DNA of 64,000 bases, taken from NCBI RefSeq assembly GCF_036321535.1, contig NC_087437.1, forward strand, positions 85,252,001 through 85,316,000. Direction: 5' to 3'. Below the pieces are notes generated by a model. That model made no database searches, had not been told where the DNA came from, and was given only the letters and a program-made list of their open reading frames with translations. Below are positions 1 to 13,049 of the stretch, one piece after another (position 1 is the first letter of the stretch; each line of letters begins with the position of its first letter). The position numbers were made by a program, and so were the translations under genes. The stretch is from Camelus dromedarius (Eukaryota).

Positions 1-3000
1 TATTGAGCATTTTTTCATCTGCCTATTAGCCATTTGTATGTCTTCATTGGAGAATTGCTTCTTTCTGCTCATTTTTGGATTGGGTTTTTGTTTGTTTGTT
101 TGTTTGTTTGTTTGTTATTAGTAAGGTTGTATGAGCTGTTTATGTATTCTGGAAATTAAGCCTTTGTCAGTCTCATCTTTTGCAAATATTGTCTCCCATT
201 CCATAAGTTGTCATTTTGTTTTGCTTATGGTTTCCTTCCCTCTGCAAAAACTTGTAAGTTTAATTAGGTCCCATTTGTCTTTTTTTGTTTTTATTTCTAT
301 TGCCTGGGTAGACTGCCCTAGGAAAACATTGCTAAAATTTATGTCAGAGAATGTTTTGCCTGTGTTTTCTTCTATTTTTACAGTGTCTTGCCGTATAAGT
401 CTTTAGGCCATTTTGAATTTATTTCTGTGTATGGTGTGAGGGAGTATCCTAACTTCATTGATTTACATGCTGCTGTCCAGTTTCCCCAACACCACTTGTC
501 TTTTCTCATTGTATATTCTTGCCTCCTTTGTCAAAGATTAATTGACTGTAAGTCTTTGGGTTTATTTCTGGGTTCTCTGTTCTGTTCCATTAATCCATAT
601 GTCAGTTTTTGTGCCATAGCCATGATGTTTTGATTACTGTAGCTCTGAAGTATTGTCTGAACTCTGGGGAGTATTGTTTTGGCAATTCTGGGTCTTTTTT
701 GAGTCCACATAAATTTTAGGATTATTTATTCTAGTTCTGTGAAAAATGTCCTGGGTATTTTGATAGGGAATCACATTAAATCTCTAGATTGCTTTAGGTA
801 GTATGATGATTTTTACATATTAATTCTTCTAATCCAAGAGTATGGAATAGCTTTCCATTTTTTAAGTCATCTTTAATTTCCTTAATCAGTGGTTTGTAGT
901 TGTCTAAGTCTTTGACTTCCTTGGTCAGATTTATTCTTAAGTATTTTATTGTTTTGGATGCAATTTTAAAAGGGATTGTTTCTTTACTTTCTTTCCCTGC
1001 TATTTCATTGTTAGTGTAAAGATATGCAACTGATTTCTGTATGTTAATCTTGTATCCTGCTTCCGTGCCAAATTCTTTTATCAGCTCTAGTAGTTTTTTT
1101 GTGGAGCTTTTAGGGTTTTCTATATATAATATCATGTCATCCACATATAGTGACAATTTTACCTCTTCTCTTCCAATTTGAATCCTTTTCCTTGCCAGAT
1201 TGCTGTGGCTAGGACTTCCAAGACTATGTTGAATTGGAGTGGTGATAGTGGGCAGCCTTGTCTTGTCCCAGATTTTAGTGGGAAGCTTTTGAGTTTTTCA
1301 CTGTTGAGTACTATGCTGGTGTAGGTTTGCCATATATAGCTTTTATTATGTTGAGATACATTCCCTCTATACCCACTTTGATGAGAGTTTTTATCAAAAA
1401 TGGGTGTTGAATTTTATCATACGCTTTTTCTGTATCTATTGAGATGATCATGTGGTTTTTGTCCTTTCTCTATTGATGTGATGTATTACATTGATTGATT
1501 TGCATATGTTGAACCACCCTTGTGTCCCTGGGATGAACCCCACTTGATAATGATGTATAATCTTTTTTATGTGCTGTTGGATTCTATTTGCTAATATTTT
1601 GGTAAGGATTTTTGCATCTATGTTCACCAATGATATTGGCCTGTAATTTTCTTTTTTGATAGTGTCATTGTCTGGTTTTGTTATCAGGGTGATGATAGCT
1701 TCATAGAAGGAGTTTGAGAGTATTCCCTCCTTTTCAAAGGGAAGGGTTTCAAAAAGGATAAGTATGAGTTCCTCTGTACGTTTAGTAGAATTACTCAGTG
1801 AAGCCTACATTTGTTTGTAGGGAGGTTTTTTTTACTGCTGATATCATTTCATTTCTAGTTACTGGTCTGTTTAGGTAGTCTGTTTTTCTTGATTCAGTCT
1901 TAATGGACTGTATATTTCCAGAAACTTGACCATTTTTTCTAGGTTGTCAAATGTGTTTCCACAGAGGTGTTGCTAGTATTCTCTTATGTTTTATTTTGTT
2001 TTGTTTTGTTTTGTTTTTTGTATGTCTGTAGTAATTTTTTTGTAATTTCTCTATTTTCCTTTCTTATTTTATTTGTGTCTTCTCCCTTTTCTTCTTGGGG
2101 AGCCTAGCCAGAGGTTTGTTGACTTTGTTTACTCTTTCAAAGAACCAGCTCTTGGTTTGATTTTTTTTCTATTTTTAAAAAAATTTCTATTGTATTTATT
2201 TCCTCCCTGATCTTTGTTCTTTCCTTCTGCCAACTTTAGTGTTGTTTGCTCCTCCTTTTCTAATTCTTTTAGATGGTTGATTAGGTTGTTTGAGATTGTT
2301 CGTTTTATGAGGAAGGCTTGTATCGCTATGAACTTCCCTCTTAGGACTGCTAATGCTGTGTCTCATAGATTTTGTGTGGTTTTGTTTTCATTGTCGTTAG
2401 TCTCAAAGTATTTTTTTTTAATTTCTTCTTTGATTTCATTGTTGACCCATTGATTTTTTTAGTAGCATGTTGTTTAGTCTCCATGCCATCGTTTTTTTAC
2501 CATTTGTTTTTCTGTGGTTAAATTCTAATTTCATGGCATTGTGGTCAGAAAAGATGCTTAAAATAATTTCTATCCTCTTAAATTTGTTGAAATTTCTTTC
2601 GTACCTGAATATGTGGTCTACCCTAGAGGATGTTCTATGTGCACCTGAAAAGAATATATCTTCCTTTTTTGGGGAATGTAATGTCCTAAAAATACCAACC
2701 AAGTCCAGCTGTTCTGTTGTGTCATTTAGTTTCTCTGTTGCCTTAATTGATTTTCTATCTGGAAGATCTGTCCAATGATGTTAAAGGGGTGTTAAAGTCT
2801 CCAACAATTACTGTATTCCCATCAATTTCTCCCTTTGTCTATTAGTAATTGCTTTATATATTTAGGTGTGCCTATAATGGGTACATACATGTTAATGAGT
2901 ATAATATCATCATCTTGTATTGCTTTTTTAATCATTATATAGTGTCCTTCTTTGTCTTTCTTTATGGCCTTTGTTTTAAAGTCTATTTTGTCAGATATGA

Positions 3001-3192
3001 GTATTGCTACTCCTGCTTTCTTGTAATTTCCATTTGCATTAAATATGTTTTTCCATTCTCTCACTTTTAATCTATATGTGTCCCCTTCCCTAAAGCTGGT
3101 CTCTTGTATGCAGCATATTGTAGGTTCTTCTGTTATTACTTAATCTGCCACTCTGTCTTTTGATTGGATCATTTAGTCCATTGACATTTATT
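1..3192 (-). mobile_element. LINE-1, decayed ORF2 (EN, RT, C-terminal part), 5'-truncated near the ORF2 start; 3' end lies outside the window
   Basis: Minus-strand peptides: 2822-3064 KKAGVAILISDKIDFKTK...EGHYIMIK (EN), 2436-2702 (EN end), 1448-1630 [24 protein letters not shown]...QVGFIPG, 794-1156 [14 protein letters not shown] (RT). INVNGLN motif near 3170-3192. Many stops and frameshifts. Confidence 0.97.
87..116. repeat. (TTTG)n microsatellite within L1
   Basis: Direct reading of the sequence. Confidence 0.9.
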
Positions 3193-3369
3193 AAGAAGCT
3201 ATGCTTAACAATCAAAATATTTTAACTGGTTGAATAATTTAGACATTCTTCTGACATGGAACTTGGAGGATGAATTTAAAGTTGCCAGATCAACTGATAA
3301 AAAAGTAGTTAGCAGAGTTTTCTAATAATTCATATATGAATGGTAAAATTTGGAGCCAAATTATTACTG

Positions 3370-3520
3370 TTAATGGACAGGTGAGAACAGATTCAAGATA
3401 CAACTAGAATTTATGGATTAGATTTCTAACTGGATATAAGTGTCCTATGGAGTGGAAGGGCTTCAGGGGATTCTAAGTATTTGACTTGAGTAACTGAGTA
3501 AATTTGTTGCTAATCATCTC
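3370..3520 (-). mobile_element. Degraded L2 fragment
   Basis: ttctaagtatttgacttgagtaactgagtaaatttgttgc resembles the recalled antisense L2 motif; highly diverged. Confidence 0.4.
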
Positions 3521-3963
3521 TTCCAGCAAAGAATCACTTTAACCAGTTTTCTTTATAGAGAAATTGGTTGATGGTGTTAAGGATAGAGTGAAACTCTTCA
3601 AAGCAAATCCTACTTCTAATGTTGTTATTATTTTAGAGGACCAAGAATTTATCCCTGATCTTCTTCCCTGGAACCACATTTAGAATTCTTTTAAAAAAGC
3701 AAGCTTCACAATCAGTTGGTTTCTCTGCTTTATTCTTATTTCAAAAATTATTGGTTAGTATTTCCTATAAGTTTACTCTGGTTCTATAGAACTGACAAAA
3801 TTGACACTTCTTCATATTGTCACTCTGGTTACCAGTAGTGTTATTTACAAGTTTTTTTGTGTTTTCTTTTTTATAAATTCTTGGACTCAGCCAAGCTGTC
3901 TCTTAACATATTCGCTTTGCATAGCCACATTAATGTTAATTACAGTAATGACCTCTGTCTTGT

Positions 3964-4200
3964 TTCATTCACTCATTGAGGCATTCATTTTGTCACTAGA
4001 TATTTAATGAACCCTGCTATTGTTTGGTAACATGCTAAGGATTGGTGTACATATGTGAAACTGAGCTATATGGCCCCTAAATAGTGAATTATCTCTAGAG
4101 GTGAGTGAAAGCAAACAATTAAATCATAACATGATAATAAACTAAGAATTACTTACCAGTTGTGATAATTACTATGACAAAAACAAGCAAGAGGTTAAGA
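3964..4200 (-). mobile_element. L2 3' end
   Basis: ttcattcactcatt...gatatttaatgaaccctgctattgtttggtaacatgctaagg resembles the antisense L2 tail (attcattcaacaaatatttattgagcacctactatgtgccagg). Confidence 0.6.
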
Positions 4201-5299
4201 CAGAAAGCAGTAGAAGGTGGAAATCCTGAGACTGAGAAATCTCCTTTTGTCTCAAAGTAATTGTTTAGAAATTTGGTCTATTATGTGTGCCAACTCAGCT
4301 AAATTAGGCCTGCCATAACCTGCCAATATTAGCAATACAATGCAAAGGAATGCACTAGCTCTAAATTTTAACAGGCACATGAGTGTCCTGATTGTTATAC
4401 TGAAGGTACTTTAGACCATGGCTTCTATTACTTTGTAGTTGTTTGCTGGAACTGAAAAGGATAATGGGACAAATGCAGACATTTTTATTCTCTAAGAAGT
4501 TTCTGAAAGTTTAAAATCATTTTTGTAGAGGAGACCTGAGTTTTAGAAGAAAAATTCATATCTTGCAAGATTTTAAGCCATTTTCTTATCCAGTCATCTT
4601 GCAAAATGATTTAGGCAGCTATAGGTTAGTCACATTCACATGACCTTGAATATCACAGCACTTTAATAAGAGCTTTTTTCTTTTTCCTTAGCCTAATTTA
4701 GTGTCCCAAAATGAATGACTGGGCATGTGTTAATATATGACACTCATGCTAACGAACGTTCAGATCCCTCAAGGCCTGGAATCAATTTGACAGTTGTCTG
4801 AGTGTTATATACTCTAAGACTTCATTAGCTGATATCATAATTTCCAAAGACTTAAATGCCATTATTGGCAATTTTTCTGCCAAAGCATCATTCATTGGTA
4901 TTATGAATTGGAATTTTGCTTCCATAGGGAAAAATCTCTCAATGGATAGTTGGCCATATTATATGAAAATAATCACTCAAGGTCATTTTTATATCCTAAT
5001 ATAATACTGCTCTAGTCAGCTTGTCTGATGACAGAGGAAATTCAAATGGCTTCTGTATCAGGTAGACTGTATTTTTGTTAATCATCATTTGTTAAACTCT
5101 GGTCCTGGAAATTTCTTTTATTAAAATATAAAATATAAAATATTTAATAAGCATAACTATAGAAACTAAAAAAACAGAAATTTCATATAATTACAGCTGT
5201 CATTAAACTAACAAAACACAATATATTAATATTTATTATATTTTCAATTTATATTAATATATCTATAAAATATAAATTATATATATCAAATAGCTAAAA

Positions 5300-6110
5300 T
5301 TTTGTCCAGCAACCCATTACCCCTTGCTCCTGAGATACAAACACTATCCTGAGCTTGGAAAATCTTACAGCAATGAATGATTTTATTTTTTATTTTTACT
5401 ATATTTATAAACATGTATGTGAATGTGCAAGCATGTATGTTTGCATTTTCATTTTTATGAATTTCTACATATAAAGTAAAAATATGAAAAGAATATGTGT
5501 GGTATGTATATGTGTTTAAAATGAACATAAATGCTATCCTACTAGGCATACTTTGTAATTTACTTTTTTAACTTGACATAATACCTTTGCTTTTTTCCAT
5601 GTTGACGTATGGAGAACAGTATATTCCCTCTAATTTTTGTAAAGTATTACATTATTTGACTAACTCAATTTATGTATCTATTACCCCCATGAGGTGTTAG
5701 TATCTCCATTTTTTCCCTCAACTTTTTACCATTCCTTGCAGCATGGAGCAAACATATTTGCACATGTATCTTTGGATATTGTGTGGCAGTATCTTTAGAT
5801 ACTGTATAGATTCCTGTATAGATACAATTGAGAAATATTAGGGCATTTATGTCATTATCTATAATTGGTAGGGAAAAATGACTTGGCATAAAAATGCTCC
5901 ACCAAAAAATGCATAAAACTTTTTATTGTCTTTCATCCTAACCCCTATTTCACACTATATGGATGAGTGTTTATTTTATTTGCATTTTCCTTCAGTAATA
6001 TTGAGATTGAGCATCTATTTTTCCCAACAATATTCTTTCTGGTTTTGCCTGTTAGAATATCTTGTTCAACTTTCTTTGGAACTTTAATGTTTTTATTTGT
6101 AAGTATTCTT
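5300..6110 (-). mobile_element. Ancient L1M (L1ME-like) 3' fragment
   Basis: Degenerate antisense L1 3'UTR/ORF2-end phrases, e.g. ttattttatttgcattttcc...gagattgagcatct. Confidence 0.55.
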
Positions 6111-6973
6111 ACCAGTAAAGTTGCTCATGGTTACATAGCTTAAATTTGACAACTCCAATGACTTATTTTCTTGGCCTTTCACTCATGGCTCCAAAATGCT
6201 ATTGCTGTTCCTGAAATCAGTTCTGTGTTACATAAAGTAGGGAAAAGGGGGAATGAGCACCTTGTATATCTCCCTACTTAGGAATATCACTGCTGGAAGA
6301 CTTCCTGTGACTATACCCTATGGCTGACACATTTGTCAGCCACCTTTCCTCACGCTTGTAGCAAAGGAAGTTTAGAACAGAAGTGGTATAAGCACTGTGG
6401 CTCCTGTCACACAGAGGAACATGTGTCTGTCATAACAACATTATCATCATCAACAACACTAAAAATCTACATATGCACAGACACATAACACATAAACACT
6501 TAAGCCCTTATATGATAATTCTCTCTAGTTCTCCTATGTTGTTGTAGTTTTGGTTATAATTGATAATAGTAATGATGTCTAATACCTCATTTTGATTACT
6601 GTTTTGAGTAGCTATGTGCTTTGTATAACTACACACACACGTACCTATGTGTATATATAGTGTAAGTTTGGATAATTATTTAAAATATATCTTAAATATA
6701 AAATATTATGCCTATTTTTGAAATCTGCACCCCAATTTTGTTCTTCTATATAACAGTTCATTCATAAACCATATTGGAGAAGGAGAAGAAAAAAATAATA
6801 CGTACATATCAGTACCATTGATTATCTCTAAGTTTACTACATGTGCTCAGCATCGAGATCTCAAAACCCTTGCTTGGTTTGATGCAGGCATGATTTCTAA
6901 GTGAAAATATGTAGAATTACAGTTTTCTAACTCTTTACTACTACTTCCACTCCATTTTACTCAGCTTCTGAAA

Positions 6974-6986
6974 ACACGCATGCGTG

Positions 6987-7035
<49 letters not shown>

Positions 7036-7041
7036 ATACAC
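6974..7041. repeat. Alternating purine-pyrimidine tract: (CG)-containing core followed by a (CA)n microsatellite
   Basis: acacgcatgcgtgcacacgcgcgcgcacacaca...tacacatacac; 68 bp of unbroken R/Y alternation. Confidence 0.95.
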
Positions 7042-7261
7042 TGGAGGGATACGTTCACAGAAACATCGCCCTTCACTATATTTGAACTCTACTCAGCTCC
7101 AAATTGATGTCAGGGCTTTTTCCTTGTGATGTTGGGTTGAATGACCTGATAGTGATTCATGGGCAAGGCTCAAAAAGTCTTAAGAGTGAAGTTTCTTGCC
7201 TATATTCCTGGAATACATACAAGTTTGGCTTTCAAATATAAAGTATAAAATAATCTCTTTT

Positions 7262-10200
7262 GAGGAAGAGGAATCATGATGGTAGAATAGGAGGATGTGG
7301 AGCCACCTATTCTCACAAACAGATCAAAAATACACCTACAGTTGGAACAGTTCTCATGGAAAACTAAGTGGAAATGAGCAGAAGAACTCCTATACAATCA
7401 AAACTGAAAGAAAGAGCTCTACATAACTGGGTAGGACACATAAAAGGCAGAGGGTCAAGAACCCCGATACAGAGGGATCTGAAAGGAAGAGAAGGTATGC
7501 ATCGGTGAACTCTCAGCGTAAAGAGTGAGCACATGGAGCCACAGTCTAGGCATCCCCGTCCTGGGGGCCTGAGCAGAGGAGAAAAGCCCCCTTGGCTATT
7601 GGGAGAACCAACAGGACAGATAGAAGGGCTGAAGAAGTCTAGACTCTACTCACGAGTAGTGTGCATGTGCTGGTTTGCCAACAATCAGGGTGGAAAGAGC
7701 CTTGCACTGGCAGCTGCCACCTTGCCAAACTCCCACTTCCCAATCTGAATGGGCCAAACACCCTAGCCCCGCTTACTCTACACCACAGCTTGGCAGGAGC
7801 CTGGACTTAGTCTAGCTAAGTAGAAATAGCCCAGAGGCCTGGGGTGTGGCATTGGTGAGGTGGCTGAAGCCATTGTCAGCAAACTCTACACCACAGGACA
7901 CACTACAGTCTGTCTCCCAGCCAAGTGAGGGCACTTCAGCCATACTCACTCCACGGGGAGCTTCTCTCTGGATCTGGGGCAGACAGGTCCTGGAGAAGAC
8001 TGCACAGGGGCAACTCAGATCTCTAGCAGGAGTGTAGCCATCTCAGTGCCCGCAGCCACAACACCCTGACCCCCAGCCAAAAATCCTAAAACAGGTGTCT
8101 TCACTGGGGAATTATACCAAACATATAAAGAAGAATTTATACCCACCCTTCTCAAATATTTCAAAAAAAATTGAAAAGGAGGGAATACGCTCAAATTCAT
8201 TCCATGAAGCCACAATTACCCTTATACCAAAACCAGGAAAAGACACTATAAAGAAAGAAAACTACAGGCCAATATATTTGATGAACACACATTCAATAAT
8301 CCTCAATGAAATATCAGCAAACCAAATTCAACCTTACTTAAAGAGGAGTATATGCCATGATCAAATGGGATTTATTCCAGGGTTACAGGAATGGTTCAAC
8401 TTACCCAAATCAGTGTAGTATACCAAATTAACAAAAGGAAAGTAAAAAACCATATGATTATCTCAGTAGATGCAGAAAAAGCATTTGATGAACTTCAACA
8501 TCTATTCATGGTAAAACTCTCACCAAAGTGTGGGTATAGAGGGAACATATCTCAATATAATAAAGGCCATTTACAACAAACCCATACCCAACATGATACC
8601 CAAAGATGAAAAGCTGAAAGCCTTCTCACTAAATTCAGGATGAGACATGGATGCCCATGCTCACTGCTTCTATTCAACATAATATTGGAAGCCCTAGCCA
8701 CAGCAATCAGAGAAGAAAAAGAAATAAAAAGTATCCAAATTGGAAGGAAAGACATAAAACTGTCACTATATGCAGATAACATGGTACCTTATATAGAGAA
8801 CTCTAAAGATGCCAAAGAAGAACTATTAGAACTAATAAATATATTCAGCAAGGTAACAGGATAAGATTAACATACAGAAATCTGTTGTGTTTTTACACAC
8901 TGGAATAATAATTATATCAAAAATGGAAAGTTAAAAAAAAATCCCATTTAAAGCTGCATCAAAAAAAAACCAAAACAAAACAAAAAAAGCAAAAACCTAG
9001 GAATAAACTTAACCAAGGAAGTGAAAGAGCTATACATTGAACTATAAAACACTGATAAAGGGAACTGAAGATGATTCAAAGAAATGGAAAGATGTCCAAT
9101 GCTCTTTGACTGGAAGAATTAATACAGTTAAAATGGCCATACTGTCCAAAGCAATGTACAGATTTAATGTGATCCCTATCAAATTACCTATGCTTTTTTT
9201 TCACAGAATTAGAACAAATAATCCTAAATTCTTATGGAATCAAAAAAGGCCCAGAATTGCCAAAGGAATCCTGAGAAAAAACAATAAAGCTGGAAGTGTA
9301 ACCCACCCAGACTTCAGACTGTACTACAAAGCTACAGTAATAAAAACAGTGTGGTTCAATGGAACAGGCTAGAGAACCCAGAAATAACCCCATACATCTA
9401 TGGTCAATTAATCTTTGACAAAGAAGGCAAAAATATACAATGGAGAAAGAAGTCTCTTCAATTTATGGTGTTGGGAAAGATGTACAGCTATATATAAATC
9501 AATAAAGTTAGAACATTCCTTTATACCATATACAAAAGTAAACTCAAAATGGTTTAAAGACCTAAATGGAAGACATGACACCATAAAAGTCCTAGAAGAG
9601 AACATAGGCAAAGCATTCTTAGGCATAAATTGTAGTAATATTTTCTTAGATCAGTCTCCCAAGGCAGAAGAAATAAAAGCAAAAATAAACAAGAAAGACC
9701 TAATCAAACTTAAAAGCTTTTGCACAGCAAAGGAAACTATCTACAAAATGAAAAGACAACCTACAGAATGAGAGAATATATTTGCAAACAAGGGGGTTAA
9801 TACACAAAATATACAAACAGCTCATACAACTCAATAACAGAAAACAGCCCAATCAAAAAATGTGCAGAACAGTGACAATGAATATACATATATTCATGTA
9901 TAACTGAAAAATTGTGTTCTACACTGGAAATTAACACAACATTGTAAACTGACTATAACTCAATAAAATAAAATTTTTAAAAAATGTGCAGAAGACCTAA
10001 ATAGATATTTCTCCAAATCAGACATACAGATGGCTAACAGGCACATGAAAAGATGCTCAACATTGCTAATTATTAGAGAAATACAAATCAAAACCAAAGT
10101 GAGGTGTCAACGTCGTACCTTGTACATCATCATGTACGAGTGAAAAGGAATCCTTATACACAGTTTGTGGGAATTTAAATTGGTGCAGCCACTATGGAAA

Positions 10201-10893
10201 ACAGTATGGAGGATCCCTAAAAATTAAAAGTAGAGCTACCATATCTTCCAGCAATTGTACTCCTGGATACATACCAAAAAATAAATAAATAAATAAACCA
10301 AAAATAAAACCCAAAGCTCTAACTGAAAAAGATACATGCAACCCAGTGTTCATAGCAGCAGTATTTATAATAGCCAAGACATGGAAGCAACCCTAGTGCC
10401 CATCAACAGACAGTTGGCTTAAGAAGATGGGGGGGTGTATAGTGTATTTATATACCTAAATATGTATGTATGTATACATATATAATATATATGTATATTA
10501 AATACACTATATATAATGGAATATTATTCAGCCATAAATCTAATGAAATTTGCCATTTGTGGCAACAAGGATGGACCTAGAAAATATGCTTAGCGATATA
10601 AGTCAGAGAAAGACAAATACTATATGATATATATGTGGGATCTAAAAATTAATACAAGTGAATCTACACAATAAAACAGAAACAGATTCAGACATAGGAA
10701 ACAAATTTATGGTTACCAAAAGGGAGGTGTTGGGGAGGGACAAATTAGGACTAAAGGATTAACAGATACAAACTACTGTACATGAAACAGACAAGAATTT
10801 ACTCTGTAGCACAAGGAATTTTATCCAGTATCTTTCATGCTTTATACCTGAAACTAACATAATACTGTAAATCGACAACACTTCAAAAAATAA
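7262..10893 (+). mobile_element. LINE-1 with 5'UTR joined directly to mid-ORF2 (ORF1 and EN missing), then RT, C-terminus, 3'UTR and A-rich tail
   Basis: 5'UTR 7262-~8075 is homologous to that at 45922. ORF2 begins at ~8080 (cttcactggggaattataccaaac, GFTGEFYQT region). ORF track shows [19 protein letters not shown]...LSLYADNM (8640-8864) and 9415-9771. 3' end ...ctgaaactaacataatactgtaaatcgacaacacttcaaaaaataaa. Confidence 0.95.
9870..9978 (+). mobile_element. Severely 5'-truncated L1 3' end (109 bp) nested in the 7262 L1
   Basis: Perfect 15-bp TSD aaaaaatgtgcagaa at 9855-9869 and 9979-9993. Insert ends with ...aacattgtaaactgactataactcAATAAAataaaa, an L1 3' terminus. Confidence 0.93.
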
Positions 10894-12204
10894 ATCAACA
10901 GATTGTTTAAAATATATTTTAAAGTACTACATAAAAATGTACATTCTGGTGGCTCAATACAATCTTTCTCATCACAGAGATTTTGAATTAGTAGGTCTAC
11001 AATAGAGCTAAAGGGAACATATTCTTTAAACGGTTTCTCCAAGTAATGTGAATAATAATTTTGGATAACCAATGGCTGAGTGATCCTAAGTTGGAGAGGA
11101 GAGTCTCATCTTGTAGACAGTACTGGGCTTGCCCTATGAAATACACTCACAGAAGACAGAAGGAAGTGAAATAGAGCACAACTTCAAAAAAGTAATGTCT
11201 ATAGATTTCAAAAGAAGAATTTGCCTAAAACTAATTTTTAAGATAATTGCCAACCTCTCCTGTGCACTCAAAGATCCACCACTGATGATAATATGTAGTT
11301 ATATTTTTTTGATTGTTTTCTTTTACCTCCTCATTGAAGGTAAAGTGAGTTCTAAGGTCATGCAGGGAAGGTTGGATGGAGACACAGGATAGATACGAAG
11401 TTTCTTTAAAAAGTAATTTATTTGATATTAGCTAATTAAAAAAAGTCAAATTCAATTATTTTTACCTGGTGGAGTTTACTTAGAAGTAGGTTTCTATGGG
11501 AATGTTCTCCATTATATAAACTTTTTATTCTGCAATAGTAACTGATTATTTAATATGAGTCTTTACCCATGGAATATAATAAAAATTATTTCATAAAACT
11601 TTTCTTTGAATATCTAATTTCCATATAAATATATTAAACTCTCAAAAGATAATATATTTAAATGGTATAAAAATTTAAGCACTGCAAGCAAAACTTCCAA
11701 ATTCTCAGGTTATCATATTCATGCATTTAGGTTATTGCAATTAATCTTTTAATTGATATATTCAATCTACATAGTAATCAACAAATTCCTCATGAAAATG
11801 TATTATACACAGTATAAAGTCTCCAAAATTATGTGTTAAATTCTTTTAATAAGTGATAGTAATTTAGAGAAAAAAGATATTCATTAAAGAAGTTGTCTTA
11901 AATTTTGCTTACACATTAATTTGAACATATTCCATTTTTATTGTATAAAACATTCTAACTTAGATTATCTCTTAAATCTTCATTGAGATGTTGAGAAACT
12001 TAAATTTGAATAATTAAAAAATATGCCATTCGTTTTTGAGATGAAAGCTATCTATACACACACACAAATACAGTAAAGGTAATCATACAATAATACTCAC
12101 TTTTTGCAAATCCTTGGAAAAGCTGATATAAAAGATGATAAGACTTCATGTGGATCACATGAGAAAGCAAAATAGGCCTTCTTGGCATTAAGAAACATAT
12201 CAAT

Positions 12205-12365
12205 AACTGTTTATCATTTATTGAGCAATTAACTACTTGTATACATTCATATTAGGCATATTCCTCTTTCTATGTAACTACTTGTTACAACATTATGAAG
12301 TACTCTTACTCCCATTTTACAATAAAAAAATGAGACTAAGCAAAGTTATATGTACAACTTGGATG
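12205..12365 (-). mobile_element. MIR fragment
   Basis: catttattgagca...cccattttacaataaaaaaatgagactaagcaaagtta matches the antisense MIR core (cccattttacagatgaggaaactgaggc). Confidence 0.7.
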
Positions 12366-13049
12366 AGTTAATATGCATTGAGGATACATACCTGAAGAAC
12401 ATCAAATTTTAATGTGGAATCTTCTTTTTTTTTTTTTTTTGGCCCTAGGAATAAGTCCTTATCATAATTTCATTTTTCCTTAATGACATAATTTTTTTCA
12501 AAGTATGATAAATTATAAAATTATATAATTTTATGAATTCTTTCTAAGAATCCTCATAAAGAGTATTAAAAAATAAACTAACATTTATTCAAACTGAATA
12601 AATAATGATAATATTGGAGAGAAAAAAGGCAAGTGGTTTTATAGCACCAATTTATAAAACACATAACTTCTCTACTCAGGCAAACTCAGAGATTAAAGAT
12701 ATCTCTCACAGGTAAATAGTAATTTTTTTCTTCTTAATTATATACCTACTTATTTACTTAAAAAGAACTCTAAAGGAAATATTTCAATCACTTGGGTATA
12801 GATGTGCTTGCGTTTTCATTCCTTTGGAAACTTATATGCATTTTAAACCAATTAAAATGTACTTTGTAGCATATGTACATGAAAGATAAACAAAGCCTAC
12901 ATTTTATAATTTCCCTAGATAATAAACATGAAGGACTCAGTCTAATTTATCAAGTAAAGAAATACTCAAAAATTAATTATATTCATTTGTCTCTTCTGCT
13001 TTTTGGTGTTTGGTTTTGTTCCCATCTTTTTATTTAAAATTTCTTAGCT

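Noticed and set aside
7240..10920. TSD flanking the 7262 L1
   Set aside because: Only a loose A-rich resemblance (aaaataatc vs aaaataaatc); not convincing.
12680..12711. 32-nt plus-strand micro-exon (ctcag|GCAAAC...CACAG|gtaaat)
   Set aside because: Short pyrimidine tract, no partner exons and no recognisable peptide; expected by chance in 64 kb.
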